Virus record (IMG/VR): IMGVR_UViG_3300005805_000441 | Coordinates: 1-25,447 of that record | Reading direction: 5' to 3' (one strand) | DNA: 25,447 nt | From: a virus | Taxonomy: Duplodnaviria; Caudoviricetes | Shown here: positions 24,406-25,447 of the stretch, one piece after another | Numbering within the stretch: the stretch's first letter is position 1 | Layout: each line of letters begins with the position of its first letter | Program-made: the position numbers and the translations under genes | Notes under the pieces: model-generated | Told to the model about the DNA's origin: nothing | Databases searched by the model: none | What the model saw: the letters and a program-made list of their open reading frames with translations, nothing else

Positions 24406-25447
24406 ATGAATAAAAATTTTGATTATTTAGGTAACCAGTTTCAAATACAGTTACTTAATCAAATTATAGAGGATAAAGATTTTGCAGGCTCCATCGTTGA
24501 CGTAATTGAACCCTCCTATTTTGACAACAAATATTTCAAGATTATCATACAGATGGTCAAAGAGTATTATGTCAAATATGAAGCGACACCAAATTTTGAA
24601 ACCTTAGAGCAAATTGTAAGGTCTGAAGTATCTCAAGAACTAGTTGCTAAAATAGTTTTGGATACCCTCAAACAAGTAAAAGACGCTCCATTTGAAGGCA
24701 GTCAATTCGTACAAGAAAAGGCGTTAAAGTTCTGCAAACAACAAGAGTTACAGAAAGCCATGGACCGAGCCCAAAAAATCATCACAGAGGGTGATTTTGA
24801 GTCGTATGATAAAGTTGAGGGTTTGGTTAGAGATGCTTTACAAGTTGGACAAATTGAAAAGAACATTTCAGACATTTTCACTGGTCTTGATACAGTTTTG
24901 GAGGAAGACTATCGTCACCCAATTCCAATGGGAATTGCAGGTATCGACAAGCTACTCAAAGGTGGTTTGGCCAAAGGGGAGATTGGTGTAATTTTAGCAC
25001 CAACAGGTGTTGGTAAAACTACGGTACTTACCAAAATTGCAAATACCGCCTTCAACTTGGGATACAATGTATTACAAATATTTTTCGAGGACAATCCAAA
25101 GATTGTTCAAAGAAAACATTTCACAATTTGGACAGGTATAGAACCTGATAGATTATCCTTCCACAAAGAAGAAGTCATATCTAAAGTCCAAGAGATTCAA
25201 GAATCTATGAAAAATAGATTGGTTCTCAAGAAATTAGCATCCGACACAATGACTATGAACCAAATCAAAAACCAAATCAGAAAAATGATTGCTGATGGAA
25301 CAAAAATAGATATGATTCTTTTGGATTACATCGATTGTGTCTTACCTGAGCAATCATCGAAAGATGAATGGAAAGCGGAAGGTTCTGTAATGAGAGCATT
25401 TGAAGCCATGTGTCATGAATTAAATTTAGTTGGTTGGACTGCAACTC
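24406..25447 (+). CDS. Replicative DNA helicase (DnaB / T4 gp41-like), truncated by the window end; not in the ORF track
   Basis: ATG at 24406 (MNKNFDYLGNQFQ...), open to the end; IPMGIAGIDKLLKGGL, Walker A APTGVGKT, LQIFFE, Walker B ILLDYID, WTAT. Confidence 0.93.
   Translation, partial: MNKNFDYLGNQFQIQLLNQIIEDKDFAGSIVDVIEPSYFDNKYFKIIIQMVKEYYVKYEATPNFETLEQIVRSEVSQELVAKIVLDTLKQVKDAPFEGSQFVQEKALKFCKQQELQKAMDRAQKIITEGDFESYDKVEGLVRDALQVGQIEKNISDIFTGLDTVLEEDYRHPIPMGIAGIDKLLKGGLAKGEIGVILAPTGVGKTTVLTKIANTAFNLGYNVLQIFFEDNPKIVQRKHFTIWTGIEPDRLSFHKEEVISKVQEIQESMKNRLVLKKLASDTMTMNQIKNQIRKMIADGTKIDMILLDYIDCVLPEQSSKDEWKAEGSVMRAFEAMCHELNLVGWTAT

Noticed and set aside
2043-24991. Numerous short minus-strand and alternate-frame ORFs in the track (e.g. 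4938..5486, 5753..6247, 6980..7441, 20191..20577, 24791..24991)
   Set aside because: They overlap well-supported + strand genes, show no motifs and look like codon-bias shadows.
21799-25447. Inteins or introns in RecA or the helicase
   Set aside because: Lengths and motif spacing are normal and no splicing motifs were seen.
1-25447. CRISPR arrays, tRNAs, IS elements, DGR-type repeats
   Set aside because: Intergenic gaps are mostly under 100 nt and no such structures or long direct repeats were seen by eye; a computational scan was not possible.

Overview
Fragment of a large, AT-rich, contractile-tailed (myovirus-type) dsDNA phage genome. All credible genes lie on the + strand. Bases 1-19.9 kb hold a tail/baseplate module: large tail sheath, a HAD-family enzyme, tail tube, baseplate-hub/tail assembly chaperone plus an unannotated +1-frame extension ORF, short tape-measure-like protein, a 1677-aa tube-initiator-like protein carrying an OmpA-like domain, a LysM/gpX-like protein and a 2270-aa hub-like protein. 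Two hypothetical genes and a UUCG terminator follow. From 20.8 kb a separately promoted replication/recombination operon begins: gp32-like SSB, RecA/UvsX, a 29-aa membrane peptide, 5'-3' exonuclease, a hypothetical gene and a DnaB/gp41-like helicase cut off by the window end. A recurrent TATTTATA motif precedes most structural genes (candidate late promoter). Most genes lack Shine-Dalgarno sites, suggesting a Bacteroidota host. All assignments come from motif recognition and gene order, not database searches.
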